A DNA stretch of 61,910 bases, counting the filler, from Pseudomonadota bacterium (lineage in GTDB: Bacteria > Desulfobacterota > Desulfobacteria > Desulfobacterales > JBDRRP01), in the NCBI GenBank assembly GCA_043825735.1. It is 4 parts of 4 records of this genome, joined end to end, with 100 filler letters (N's around TTAATTAATTAA, not from the genome) between each part and the next. Parts side by side here need not be neighbours in the genome. Positions count along the whole stretch, not along the records: positions 26,269 to 46,285 come from JBDRRP010000033.1; 3 more parts are not named here. The stretch is one strand, 5' to 3'. The notes beneath the pieces are model-generated. The model made no database searches. It saw nothing but the letters and a program-made list of their open reading frames with translations, and had not been told where the DNA came from. Every line of letters begins with the position of its first letter. Positions within the stretch are counted from its first letter, which is position 1. Shown here in pieces: positions 30,552 through 40,378 of the stretch. The translations under genes were made by a program, and so were the position numbers.

Positions 30552-30636
30552 TCGTTATGGTTATTTGCGAAGGCCTCCAGGTCGGTGCCGATTTGGGGGC
30601 TGCGGTTAAAGAAACCATCCCCGCCAGTACGGCGCC

Positions 30637-30933
30637 ATGAGCCGGAACTTCGTGCTGATCTTCATCTTCTTTCTGCCGTTCGGCATGGTCTTCGAGTTTG
30701 CCAAATTCGGCGCGGTGACCACCTGGCTCGCCGTTCCTTTCACGATTCTTGTGGGGTGGTTTTATTTGGTCATGGAAGCGATCGGAGATCATTCAGAGAG
30801 TCCGTTCGAGGGATACATACACGATGTCCCGATGCTGGCCCTGTGCAGGACCATTGAGATCGATTTGCGGGAAATGCTGGAAGAAACGAAAATTCCCCAG
30901 CCCATCGCGGCAAGAAAGGGCAACCTACTGTAA
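30637..30933 (+). pseudogene. C-terminal fragment of a bestrophin-family channel
   Basis: PRQY..SRNFVLIFIFFLPFG...IGDHSESPFEG...DVPMLALCRTIEIDLREML. Only about 100 aa of a normally about 300-aa family are present. Confidence 0.7.
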
Positions 30934-30947
30934 CCGCCCAATAGGAA

Positions 30948-31619
30948 ATGAATATGAATGAATTCAATGCAAAAAAGTTCAGGAGCGGTGTCACACTGAA
31001 AAGGGCTCTGGTTGCCCAGGCCCTCGCTGCCGCCATCGGTTTTACGGCCGCTGCGGGCATTGTTTCAGCCGGGACGGCGACGCCAACTTCCGTGGCTGTA
31101 GACCACCAACTGCCCAAAGGCAAACAAACCACCCTGGGTCTCTATGTGACCGCCGCGCAGGCCTATGAAATGTGGAAAGCCGCGCCGGACAAGGTGACGG
31201 TGATCGACGTGCGAACACCCGAGGAGTACGCTTTTATCGGCCACCCGGCGATGGCGTGGAACATCCCCTTTGCCTTTGTCACCTATCAAAGAAAGAACGG
31301 CAAAACCGAATACGGCCCGAAGATAAACCCGGATTTTGTCGCCGAGGTTGCAAAGATGGCCGGGTCGACCGACACCCTGCTGCTCCTGTGCCGGTCCGGT
31401 GACCGCAGCGCCAGGGCCGTAGATGAGCTCGCTGCAGCCCGTTTTAAAAACGCTTACACCGTCACCGATGGATTTGAAGGCGATAAGGTGACGGATCCCG
31501 AAAGTGTCTTCTACGGGAAAAGGATGAGAAACGGGTGGAAGAACTCGGTCCCCTGGGTCTATGACATCGATCCCGAGAAGATCATCCTTGAAGAATTCGC
31601 ATTTAAGCAAACTCAATAA
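30948..31619 (+). CDS. Exported rhodanese-like sulfurtransferase
   Basis: Hydrophobic N-terminal leader, IDVRTPEEY, active-site loop CRSGDRS, and DGFEGD...NGWKN..PW. Confidence 0.88.
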   Translation: MNMNEFNAKKFRSGVTLKRALVAQALAAAIGFTAAAGIVSAGTATPTSVAVDHQLPKGKQTTLGLYVTAAQAYEMWKAAPDKVTVIDVRTPEEYAFIGHPAMAWNIPFAFVTYQRKNGKTEYGPKINPDFVAEVAKMAGSTDTLLLLCRSGDRSARAVDELAAARFKNAYTVTDGFEGDKVTDPESVFYGKRMRNGWKNSVPWVYDIDPEKIILEEFAFKQTQ

Positions 31620-31687
31620 TGGCGTGTAACAAGAGCGGCGAACAAGCCGATAGTTTTCCCTTAGACCTCATAAAAAAGGAAATCACC

Positions 31688-32854
31688 ATGACCGAACAGA
31701 AAAGAGTCAGCACGACAGTGCCATTGAACTGGAAAGAGGTGTGGTTCACCAACTGCCCCATGGTATCCGCCAATAACGTCGACCAGGAACTGGGCTGGTG
31801 CCGCGAGGAGTTCAAGAAGATCGGCGTCGAGTACGCCTACTTCCGCCACGCGCCCGAGAACAACTGGTACCCGCACTATATCCACAACCTCGACAACCTC
31901 ATCCGCTTCGGCGGCCTGTATCCCCCGATCCACGTTCATGCCGATATCCGCCGCACCGTGCTGCTGGGGGCGACCTGGGTCCATGAGGGTGGCGGTTTGG
32001 TGGTGCGCGCCCGAGACCCGTTCTCCCGCGTGAAGGATCTAAAAGGCAAGAAGATCGGTATTTCGAAGAGCCTGAACACCATCAAAAACGACTGGTGGCG
32101 CATCCAGGAGCACATGGCCATCGAAAATATTCTGATGCTCAACGACATGACCATGGACGATATCAAGCTCGTCGAGTTTCCCTACCCGGACGACTGGTAT
32201 GATAAACCCGAGATGCTCGTTCCGCCGATGAACAATCCGTCTGAGCTGTGGATGCGTCGCAACCACAAGCGCGACCTTGCATTCCGTCCGCTGGAAACGG
32301 CGCTTCTGGATGGCACTGTCGATGCCATCTACACGCAGAGCAAGGCTCTTCAACACCTGCAGGAGGCGACGGGCAAAATAAAAATGATCGTGGACTTGGC
32401 CAGGTTGCCGGACTGGACGTTGCAGGTCGCCAACACCCCCGCGGTCATCACCTGCACCGAAGTGATGGCCAAGGAACACCCAGAGCTGGTCGTCGCCTAC
32501 TTGAAGGCCATGGTCAAGGTCGGGCGCTGGGCCAACGAGCACAAGCGCGCCGCGGCAGTGCTCCTCAACAGACAGACGTTTTATCTCGACGCAGAAGATA
32601 CGTACCAGGGTATCAAGCACGTCGATATGGTGCCGAGCCTGTGCGCACAGAACCTTGAATGCATCAAGATCGGAAAAGACTTCATGGTCAGCCACGGCTA
32701 CATCAAGAACGACTTCGATGTGGACGCGTGGGCGGCCCCGGAATTACTGGAGCAGGCAGTGATGGCAGTGTTCAAGGAGGAGTGGGAAACAAAAAGCTGG
32801 AGCAAGCTTCCTCAGGGCGGCGGGATCGAGACAGAAGGCGTGCGAATCGGGTAG
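31688..32854 (+). CDS. DszB-like (desulfinase / SsuA-THI5 fold) protein
   Basis: FTNCPMVSA, HYIHNLDNLIRFGGLYPP, RTVLLGAT, DLKGKKIGIS and DAWAAPELL parallel Rhodococcus DszB motifs. No signal peptide. Confidence 0.8.
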   Translation: MTEQKRVSTTVPLNWKEVWFTNCPMVSANNVDQELGWCREEFKKIGVEYAYFRHAPENNWYPHYIHNLDNLIRFGGLYPPIHVHADIRRTVLLGATWVHEGGGLVVRARDPFSRVKDLKGKKIGISKSLNTIKNDWWRIQEHMAIENILMLNDMTMDDIKLVEFPYPDDWYDKPEMLVPPMNNPSELWMRRNHKRDLAFRPLETALLDGTVDAIYTQSKALQHLQEATGKIKMIVDLARLPDWTLQVANTPAVITCTEVMAKEHPELVVAYLKAMVKVGRWANEHKRAAAVLLNRQTFYLDAEDTYQGIKHVDMVPSLCAQNLECIKIGKDFMVSHGYIKNDFDVDAWAAPELLEQAVMAVFKEEWETKSWSKLPQGGGIETEGVRIG

Positions 32855-33024
32855 CCTGGCGAAGCCTCAACCGAAGTCGTGCCGCCTGCGTTCAAGGAGG
32901 CATCGCAACTTTCTTACGCTCAGCCACAACGCCGGCCTCCCAATCGAGAGGCCGGCGGGGTACTGGGTTGAGATCTCGTTAAAACAGTCATCATCCGGCT
33001 GTCAAATGTGCCGGTCACGCGCAA

Positions 33025-33381
33025 ATGGCAATGAACATCCCGCTTGTCTTTCAGACCTATCAATGGGACGCCGGCAAGCGGCATTTCTCCATGATACCCA
33101 ATTCGGATTTTGTCTCACAGGTGACCGCGTGGGCCAATCCCACCGACACGATCCTGGTCACGTGCCGGTCCGGGGGCCGCAGCGCCGCTGCGGTCAACCA
33201 ACTCGCAGCGACTGGTTTCACCAACGTCTATGATATTCTTGACGGTATGGAGGGTGACACGGTGAACGATCGCGAAAGCGTCTTTCACGGAAAACGGATG
33301 AAAAATGGCTGGAAAAACTCAGGATTGCCCTGGACCTACGACCTTGATCCGGAACGGATGCAGCTGCCTGAGCGCCAATAG
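33025..33381 (+). pseudogene. N-terminally truncated paralog of the rhodanese
   Basis: GHAQMAMNIP...CRSGGRS...DGMEGD...NGWKNSGLPW matches the second half of 30948-31619. The IDVR half and an RBS are missing. Confidence 0.65.
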
Positions 33382-33421
33382 GGCTGACCGGGGCCCGGGA
33401 CGATCGATTTGTCGGATTGGT

Positions 33422-33568
33422 TAGAAGCCATTTGAAAACCTCCCCTGAGGCCCAATCTCGGCGTTGGACGAATGATTCAATACTCGAAATACCATTTGTA
33501 TTCCTGCGTTTGAATCAATTCGTCCGCCTTGACCTTGGACCTGATTGAAGGTTTTGAAACAGCTTCTA
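33422..33568. repeat. Palindromic element with an ATACTCGAAATA...TATTCCTGCG core
   Basis: Arms TAGAAGCCATTTGAAAACCT / AGGTTTTGAAACAGCTTCTA; the core is shared with 3977-4122. Confidence 0.7.
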
Positions 33569-33612
33569 TCGACGAGATTCATCGAGAATGATCCATTTCG
33601 GGAGAAAAAACC

Positions 33613-34515
33613 ATGAAATGCCCCAAGTTTTTAAAAAAGGCAGCGGAAAGCAGAATTAAGTACAAAGCCTCACTCGGGCGGCGGATCCTGATGGTGCCGG
33701 TGGTGTTTGCCGCCATTGTGGCTGCAGGCCCTGCCCGTGTGTCATTGGCCCAATCATCGGCCGACCAGTGGCGTTTTGGGGTCACTCCGTACTTCTGGTT
33801 TATCAACCTCGCAGGGGACCTGAGATACAGTCCGATCGCCGGCGGCAGCCCGCACGTGGAAATCAGCAACAAAGACCTCTTGCAAAAACTCGATTTGGGT
33901 TTCATGCTCTCGGGAGAGGCGCGCAAGGGCCGGTGGTCGGTCTTCACCGACGTGATCTACTTCGACCTTTCCTCCCAGGAAAGCCGTGTGAAGGCCGTCG
34001 ATTTCAACCTCGGCGGTCCCGTCAACCCGACCAGCACCGCTTTGGACGCCGGGACCTCGTCGTCCCTGAAGGCCTGGGTATGGACGCTCGCAGGAAGTGT
34101 CGGGGTGGTCGATGGACCGGCAGTGACCCTCGAGGCGCTCGGTGGATTTCGCTACCTTGCGGCAGACGCGAGCACCGACTGGCGTTTGACCGCCACGGTC
34201 ACGGGCCCGGGCGCGGGCCAGGTATTCCAGCGGACGGGAAGTATCTCTCAGAGCGAGGATGTCTGGGACGCCATCGCCGGCGTGCGGGGCAAGGTGCGGC
34301 TTCGGGGCAGCCGATGGGCCATCCCCTATTATGCGGACATCGGTGCCGGAAATTCTGAGTTGACCTGGCAGGGGATGGCGGGACTGTCTTACGGGTTCGA
34401 TTGGGGCGAGGCCATCATCAACTATCGTTACCTGTATTATGATATGAAACAAGGTGGGCTCTTTGAAGATTTGCGCTTTGAAGGTCCGGGGATCGGAATA
34501 ACCTTTCGATTCTGA
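33613..34515 (+). CDS. Outer-membrane beta-barrel protein
   Basis: Signal peptide, WRFGVTPYFW, alternating amphipathic strands, and a terminal GPGIGITFRF (BamA signal Phe). Confidence 0.8.
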   Translation: MKCPKFLKKAAESRIKYKASLGRRILMVPVVFAAIVAAGPARVSLAQSSADQWRFGVTPYFWFINLAGDLRYSPIAGGSPHVEISNKDLLQKLDLGFMLSGEARKGRWSVFTDVIYFDLSSQESRVKAVDFNLGGPVNPTSTALDAGTSSSLKAWVWTLAGSVGVVDGPAVTLEALGGFRYLAADASTDWRLTATVTGPGAGQVFQRTGSISQSEDVWDAIAGVRGKVRLRGSRWAIPYYADIGAGNSELTWQGMAGLSYGFDWGEAIINYRYLYYDMKQGGLFEDLRFEGPGIGITFRF

Positions 34516-34643
34516 CAGTCCCGTAAAAAGTCCGAATCTCTCGCAAAGCCGCAGAGATCGCAAAGCTAACAAATTAATATTAAAAATGTTTTTCTTGGCG
34601 CACTTGGCGTCTTTGCGAGAAATTGTTTTTTACGGATTCATCA
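34513..34643. repeat. CGTAAAAAGT-family MITE-like element
   Basis: TGACAGTCCCGTAAAAAGTC...TTTTTACGGATTCATCA with a CGCAAAG/CTTTGCG core; near-identical to 43799-43931. Confidence 0.8.
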
Positions 34644-34691
34644 ATTTTGACACGAGCAAAAACTAATGTCATCCCAGGAAAGTGAATTGCC

Positions 34692-35228
34692 ATGAAAAAA
34701 GTGGGTATGATTATCGGCGCCGTAATGCTTTTGTTCATCGTGCTCTTCGGATGGTGGTTTTTCAGCCGTCCGGAACGCGGAACGACGGGATCGATCAGCA
34801 CGAAATTCCGATGGCTGGGCCCCAACGACAAGATCGTGGTCGACGGCTTCGACGACCCCAAAGTCAAGGGTGTCGCCTGCCACATTTCCCGGGCCCAGAC
34901 CGGCGGTGTGAAAGGCGCCGTGGGCGTGGCGGAGGACACAAGCGACGCCAGCATCGCCTGCCGTCAGATCGGGCCGATCGAGATCCTTGGCGAGATCAAG
35001 GACGGCGAGCGCGTCTTCGACGAGCGCCGCAGCCTCGCGTTCAAGACGCTTCAGGTCGTGCGCTTCTTCGACCCCGAGCGCAATGTGCTGGTCTACGTGT
35101 CCTACAGCGACCGGGTCATCGAGGGCAGCCCGAAGAACAGCATCAGCACGGTACCCATCATGCCCTGGCCGGCGCCATCACCACCGATCGAAAAGGCCGG
35201 ATCAGAAAACTCATCGCCTCAAAAGTGA
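34692..35228 (+). CDS. creA: CreA family protein
   Basis: [29 protein letters not shown]...[11 protein letters not shown]...[11 protein letters not shown]...GSPKNSIS. Confidence 0.9.
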   Translation: MKKVGMIIGAVMLLFIVLFGWWFFSRPERGTTGSISTKFRWLGPNDKIVVDGFDDPKVKGVACHISRAQTGGVKGAVGVAEDTSDASIACRQIGPIEILGEIKDGERVFDERRSLAFKTLQVVRFFDPERNVLVYVSYSDRVIEGSPKNSISTVPIMPWPAPSPPIEKAGSENSSPQK

Positions 35229-35561
35229 ATACGCTTATGCAGAATGCGCCAGTAAGTCTCTTCGCACAGGGATGTTGAATCACGGCGTCATGTAGGGCAC
35301 GGAGATTTTATAATTCATATCTCGCGCAGAGACGCAGGGAAAAACACCCTCGCAATTCCATTTTTCGCAGTTCTCTGCGTCTCCGCGCCTCTGCGTGAGA
35401 AATATTCTCTTTGAGTTAAAAACCTCCGTGTGCTCCGTGAACTTTGCAGTGTCATGATTTTGTCCGATTGCAATGGTTTCCGGCTGTAGCTTGAGCATCC
35501 TGGATATGCGGTAAAGCAAAACACCCGCTATCAGTGATAGTGACTGACAGAGAAAGACGTA

Positions 35562-35834
35562 GTGAAAGGATTACACATGCGACCCGGAGCGGTGCATCCG
35601 ATACGCAGAAATCTTCTGCGTAACACCTTTAACGCGTTCTGTTTTGGTACCGCTGTTGCGGTCGGCGTGTTTGCGGTTGTCCCGATGGTTTGCGCAGAAA
35701 AAGGCGTTACGGAAGAAATCCTGGGCATCTTGAAAGAAAATGATCAAATCAGCCGGAGACTATTGGAAACAAACTCCGGCGCTACCGTCTATGAGATGGT
35801 CTTGATGACGGCGGGCTCATCGTGTAATAAATAA
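35562..35834 (+). pseudogene. Possible N-terminal remnant of a secreted/porin gene
   Basis: Signal-peptide-like segment then EKGVTEEILGILKENDQIS, resembling porin N-terminal helices, followed by an early stop. Confidence 0.3.
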
Positions 35835-35933
35835 CGGGATGAAATCCGGAGGCAGGGTGAGGGCGCCGGATACCGTCCAGCAGTGCACAAATACCCATCA
35901 GGCCCGGAAACAAGGAATAAAAAGGAGACCTGT

Positions 35934-38054
35934 ATGCTGTCAAATTCAGGATTACGCGCGGCCGCCCTCGTGGCAATGCTGGTGTTCTGCAGTGCCGCGG
36001 CGGTGAGCGCGCAGGAGCGCTCCGGTTGCGTGGCCTGTCATCTCGATGAAGCCATGCTCGTCAAGAATCTCAGCCTCACCAAGGCCAAGACATCGGCCTT
36101 GCAGTCCGGTGCCGGGTGAGGCGGCCAGGTGGTTCCGTTGGAACCGCAGCAGAAGGTCCTCGTTTCAGAAGCATTTCTTTCCACCGAACACGGTGAAGCC
36201 GGTTGTGAAACCTGCCACGGCGGCGACCCGGCCAGCAATGAGAAGGCGCTCGCCCATGCAAAAATGGATCCCAGCCCCTCGATCAACAAGCCCCGGGAAG
36301 CCTGCGGCGGGTGCCACGAAGAGATCGTGGCCACGGCCACCGATTCTTTGCACGCCACCCTGGCCACCTTTCCCGGAATGCTCGAGCGCCGGGCCAACAT
36401 GGATAAATGGGCGCAGGTCGACGAGGCGCGGCAGAACCACTGCAGCAGCTGCCACACGAGTTGCGGCGGTTGTCACGTGAGCCGGCCGCCATTTGCCCAG
36501 AAGGGGTTCGTCAAGGGGCACGTGTTCCAGAAGCATTCGGACCCGCTCAACCAGTGCACCGCCTGCCACGGAAGCCGTGTGGGCAATGAGTTCTACGGGA
36601 TGCGCGGCCAGGGGGATGTCCACGCCGCCAAATCAGGCATGGATTGCGTGAGCTGTCACAAGGCCAAGGAAATGCACGCCGCAGCGCCCGAGAATGCCAG
36701 GAGCCGGTACGACCTGAAGGAAATGCCGGAATGCATCGATTGCCACAAGGCGTTGCGGTCCGGGTCCGTGCGGGAACACACTATTCACAACGGCAAAGTG
36801 CAGTGCCAGGTGTGTCATTCCCAGACCTATGTCAACTGTTACAGCTGCCACGTGGGCAAGGACACCGAGGGGATCGCGTTCTTCCAGAACCAGCGGGAAG
36901 TGGAATCCATGAAGATCGGCCGCAATCCCGACCCGAAGGCCCCTGGTGCCGGGTACCGCTTCATGCTGGTCCGCCATGTGCCGTCGGATCCGGAGATGTT
37001 CGATGCTTACGGCAAGGAGGGCTTCACCAACTTCGCAAACGCACCCACCTGGAAACGGACCTCGCCGCACAACATCCAGCGGCGTACGTGGCAGGCTGCC
37101 AGTTGCAACCACTGTCATGGCAACCAGAAGCTGTTTCTTTCCGAGTCCGATCTGCTGGACTACGAAAAGGCTGCCAACCGGGCGGTGGTCGTCGCCTATG
37201 ATCGCGTACCAAAAGCGCGGCTCAAGACCCGGCACGTTACCGTGGATACGAGCAAGGTGCGCACCGACATGGTGGTGAGTGCTTTGCAATTGCACAACCA
37301 GCTCGAGGAGAAGGGCCTTGTGGTGATCGACGCCCGCAGCGCCGCGGCCTATGCCAAGGGGCACATCGAGGGCGCCATCCATTTTGATCCCGTGACGGGC
37401 GGCCTGCGCACCGGCGCCGACACGGATAAACCCTTTACGCTCGCGCCGCATTCGAAAGTTGCGGAAATTTTCGGGGATCTTGGGATCGCCGCTGGCGACC
37501 GGATCGTCGTCTATGATCAGAACGGCTCGCTGGCCGCCGCGCTGATCGCTGTCCTGGAATGGGCAGGGGCCACGCAGGTCTCCTACCTGGACGGCGGCAT
37601 CGAAGGGTGGCATCACGCCGGTTTTCACACCAGTACCATGGCGTCTACCCGCAAGGCCTGCGCTTTTGGCGGCAAGGAGCAACCATCATTGATCGAGGAC
37701 AGCGCCGGCTTGGCCAGGCTTAGTGAGATGCGCACCGCGGTGGTGCTGGACTCCCGTATGATCGACCGATTCCGGGGTATGACCAAACACGAAAAGGCCG
37801 GCCGGGCCGGGGCCATACCGGGGGCCGTCAATGTACCTTTCGGCGCGCTTTACATGGATAACGGTTTCCTGAAGCCGCCGCGGGAGTTGCTGTGGATGCT
37901 CCAAACCCACGGCATCACCCCGGACAAGACCGTCATCACCACCTGCGATACCGGCGTTGCCGCAGCGGACGCTTTTTTTATCCTGCGCTACCTCGGTTTT
38001 CCCGATGTGCGGGTCCACGACGAAGCCTGGGTGAACTGGAGCCGGACCCGGTAA
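35934..38054 (+). CDS. Probable selenoprotein: multiheme c-type cytochrome (11 CxxCH) fused to tandem rhodanese domains, Sec at codon 62
   Basis: AAGGAG RBS and signal peptide at 35934. The TGA at 36117-36119 is in frame with the 641-aa ORF (GAG-U-GG) and is followed by a SECIS-like hairpin. The downstream ORF has no signal peptide of its own. Confidence 0.8.
36117..36147 (+). promoter_or_regulatory. UGA plus bacterial SECIS-like hairpin
   Basis: Stem GTGGTTCC (36129-36136) / GGAACCGC (36140-36147); the loop GTT starts with G, 17 nt after the UGA. Confidence 0.65.
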
Positions 38055-38104
38055 CCTGGAAGCGTCTCCGCCCTGCCGTCATCCGGGCGCGCCGCCATTG
38101 AAAA

Positions 38105-38127
38105 GGCCGCAGCTTTTGGCTGCGGCC
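38105..38127 (+). terminator. Hairpin after the cytochrome gene
   Basis: GGCCGCAGC-TTTTG-GCTGCGGCC. Confidence 0.55.
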
Positions 38128-38387
38128 GCACTTAATAGTGGGTTGAAATGCCGTCGGTTCGTGCAGCGCATCTGCGCTCGGGTAATCTATATTGTTGAAA
38201 AAACCTTGCTGCCTTTCAGGGCTTTGTCGATGACATGGAACTGAGCGGTGCGAAGAATGCTGTCCAGCACCGGCAAAATCTCTGCCTTATTGAAGCCGTC
38301 AGCGGCAACCCTACCAGCGCTTTCATCCCTTTGCGCCGGTTCTGAAGTTCGTACTTGATCGGAAGCACCCCGTGTCCATCCAAAAAG

Positions 38388-38495
38388 CCCCCTCCCCTGG
38401 CCGGTGGGGACAAGGGCGGGGGCGTTCGGGAAAAGACGATCACTTGTTATCGGTGGGTTGTCACCCTCACCCCAGCCCTCTCATCAAGGGAGAGG
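38388..38495. repeat. REP-like doublet (CCCCTCCCC...GGG / CACCCTCACCCCAGCCCTCTC...GGGAGAGG)
   Basis: Two inverted GC-rich hairpin units. Confidence 0.55.
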
Positions 38496-38709
38496 CAGTA
38501 AGCGGCTTCCCATGGCTGGGCACAATCTAACTGCCGGTTTTTAGGAGCTCAACGCGGACCTTTTTTGACAGTAAATTAAGGATTATTGACCCTGCGGCCT
38601 TATCCGGTGTACTAAAATAACTTTACAAGCTTTATCTGCCGCCGATGACCGTGGAGCATCTGTCGTGGGGAGACAATCTTTGCTCGCCAAGGGCGCCCCG
38701 TGGTTGACG

Positions 38710-38850
38710 GGTGTTATCGAAATCGCTATCGGGATCGAAATCGCAATCGGCGGTTGCTGTTGCCACGGTGGCGGCAAATGGCGAACCAGGGACAAAATAA
38801 TTGCCAACACCAACACCCGATAGCGATACCGGTCCCGATAGCGATTTCGA
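38710..38850. repeat. Hexamer-rich palindromic element (copy 3)
   Basis: ATCGAAATCGCTATCGGGATCG...CGATAGCGATACCGGTCCCGATAGCGATTTCGA. Confidence 0.6.
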
Positions 38851-38894
38851 GGAACGGCGCGTTTTGCGGCAACATAGGGTTACTGGAGCTTCAT

Positions 38895-39027
38895 AGAGAA
38901 GCGTGAAAGTGATTTTGAACCGCAGAGACCGCAGAGGGCCGCAGAGAATATACTGAAGAATTTGTAAGTTATCTCTGAGCGCTCTGCGTCCTCTGTGGTG
39001 ATTTCAGACTTTTTTTACGGAGTTATA
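38895..39027. repeat. CGTAAAAAGT-family element, inverted relative to 421-555
   Basis: AAAGTGATTTTGAACCGCAGAGACCGCAG...CTCTGTGGTGATTTCAGACTTTTTTACGG is close to the reverse complement of 421-555. Confidence 0.75.
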
Positions 39028-39057
39028 AAACCTAATGATGACAACTGATAGGGAGAA

Positions 39058-40158
39058 ATGAGGTTCACTATGTCAAAGCAGACTTTACAACGGCTGGCCT
39101 GGCTTCTCTGCCTGTCGGTTGCCCTGGCGGCATGCAAAGATAAAGTTGAAATCATCGATGAGGTCCGGGCGATCAAGACACTGACCGTCAGTGAGCAAGC
39201 AAGCGGGCAGACCCTCAAATTTTCCGGGCAGGCCGCGGCGGTCGATTCCTCCGACCTCAGCTTTCAGGTGGGCGGGCAGGTGGCATCCGTGGCGGTTGAC
39301 ATCGGCGATCGGGTGAAAAAGGGGCAGGTGCTCGCCGTTCTCGATCCGGAGCCCTATCAGCTCGATGTGGATGCGATCACCGCAGAACTCACCAAGGCCC
39401 GGGACCAGGTAAAGGAAACAAAATCACAGTACGATCGCCAGCAGCGGATTTACGAGCAGGGGGCCGGGGTAAAAAGCCATTTGGATATCGCCGAATATAA
39501 ATTCAAGGCCGCCCAGAGCGCGGTTGATTTTCAGATGGCACGGCTGGATCAGGCCAACCGGAATCTGCGCAAAACGAAACTGCTTTCGCCTTACGACGGC
39601 ACCATCGCCTGGCGGTCGATGCAACCCAACGAAGAGGTCAAAGTCGGGCAGAAAGTGTTCTCGATCGATGCAACGGGGGAAATGGAAATTCAACTGGCCG
39701 TTCCGGAGACCGTCATCGGCCGCATCCATATCGATGACGCGGTGACGATCACCTTTCCCACGTTGCAGGGTGAGTCCACAAAGGGCCGGATTTCCTTCAT
39801 TGGGTCCGCCGCTGTTCAGGCCAACGCCTTTCCGGTCAAAGTGGCGCTGGTGGCCCCCAATGAAAAAGTCAAACCGGGCATGAGCGCCGAAGCCAATTTT
39901 ACCCTGACGGTCGACAATCGGACGGCCGGTTACATCCTGCCGCTTCAGGCCATCCTGCCAGCCCCGGAAGCCAACCAGGGATATGCCTTTGTGTATAACC
40001 CCCAGACATCCATGGTCAAAAAAACACCGGTCCGTTTCCAAGGCGTGGAACGGAAAAATGTCATCGTGACCGATGGCCTTTCGGCCGGGGACATCATTGC
40101 CGTGGCCGGTGTGAGTTTCTTGGCCGATGGCATGAAAGTCAAACTGATGCAGCAGTAG
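39058..40158 (+). CDS. RND efflux periplasmic adaptor (MFP) lipoprotein
   Basis: Lipobox LAAC, LSFQVGGQV..V.VDIGDRVKKGQVLA, SPYDGTI, KPGMSA and GLSAGD. Confidence 0.92.
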   Translation: MRFTMSKQTLQRLAWLLCLSVALAACKDKVEIIDEVRAIKTLTVSEQASGQTLKFSGQAAAVDSSDLSFQVGGQVASVAVDIGDRVKKGQVLAVLDPEPYQLDVDAITAELTKARDQVKETKSQYDRQQRIYEQGAGVKSHLDIAEYKFKAAQSAVDFQMARLDQANRNLRKTKLLSPYDGTIAWRSMQPNEEVKVGQKVFSIDATGEMEIQLAVPETVIGRIHIDDAVTITFPTLQGESTKGRISFIGSAAVQANAFPVKVALVAPNEKVKPGMSAEANFTLTVDNRTAGYILPLQAILPAPEANQGYAFVYNPQTSMVKKTPVRFQGVERKNVIVTDGLSAGDIIAVAGVSFLADGMKVKLMQQ

Positions 40159-40378
40159 ACTGGGCTCGAAGCACTGAGTGTGAACCACGAAGGACACGAA
40201 GTGCACGAAGAAAAACCAAAAAGCGAGTGGGTTAGAACACCTTCGTGAACTTCGTGGTGATCAAAAACATCGGGGCCTGCGAGGCACTGGCACTATCGTT
40301 TGAGTTTTGTGCATTACTATAACTTACTTTTCAGGGTATTGTCAGTCTTCTCCAGTCCCGGGACAAAAGGAACCGATA

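Noticed and set aside
31619..32854. Ordinary sulfonate ABC transporter binding protein
   Set aside because: It has no signal peptide or transporter genes, and DszB catalytic motifs are present.
35883..36119. Stand-alone 61-78 aa monoheme cytochrome followed by a separate gene
   Set aside because: The in-frame UGA, SECIS-like hairpin and lack of a signal peptide in the downstream ORF favour a single read-through CDS.
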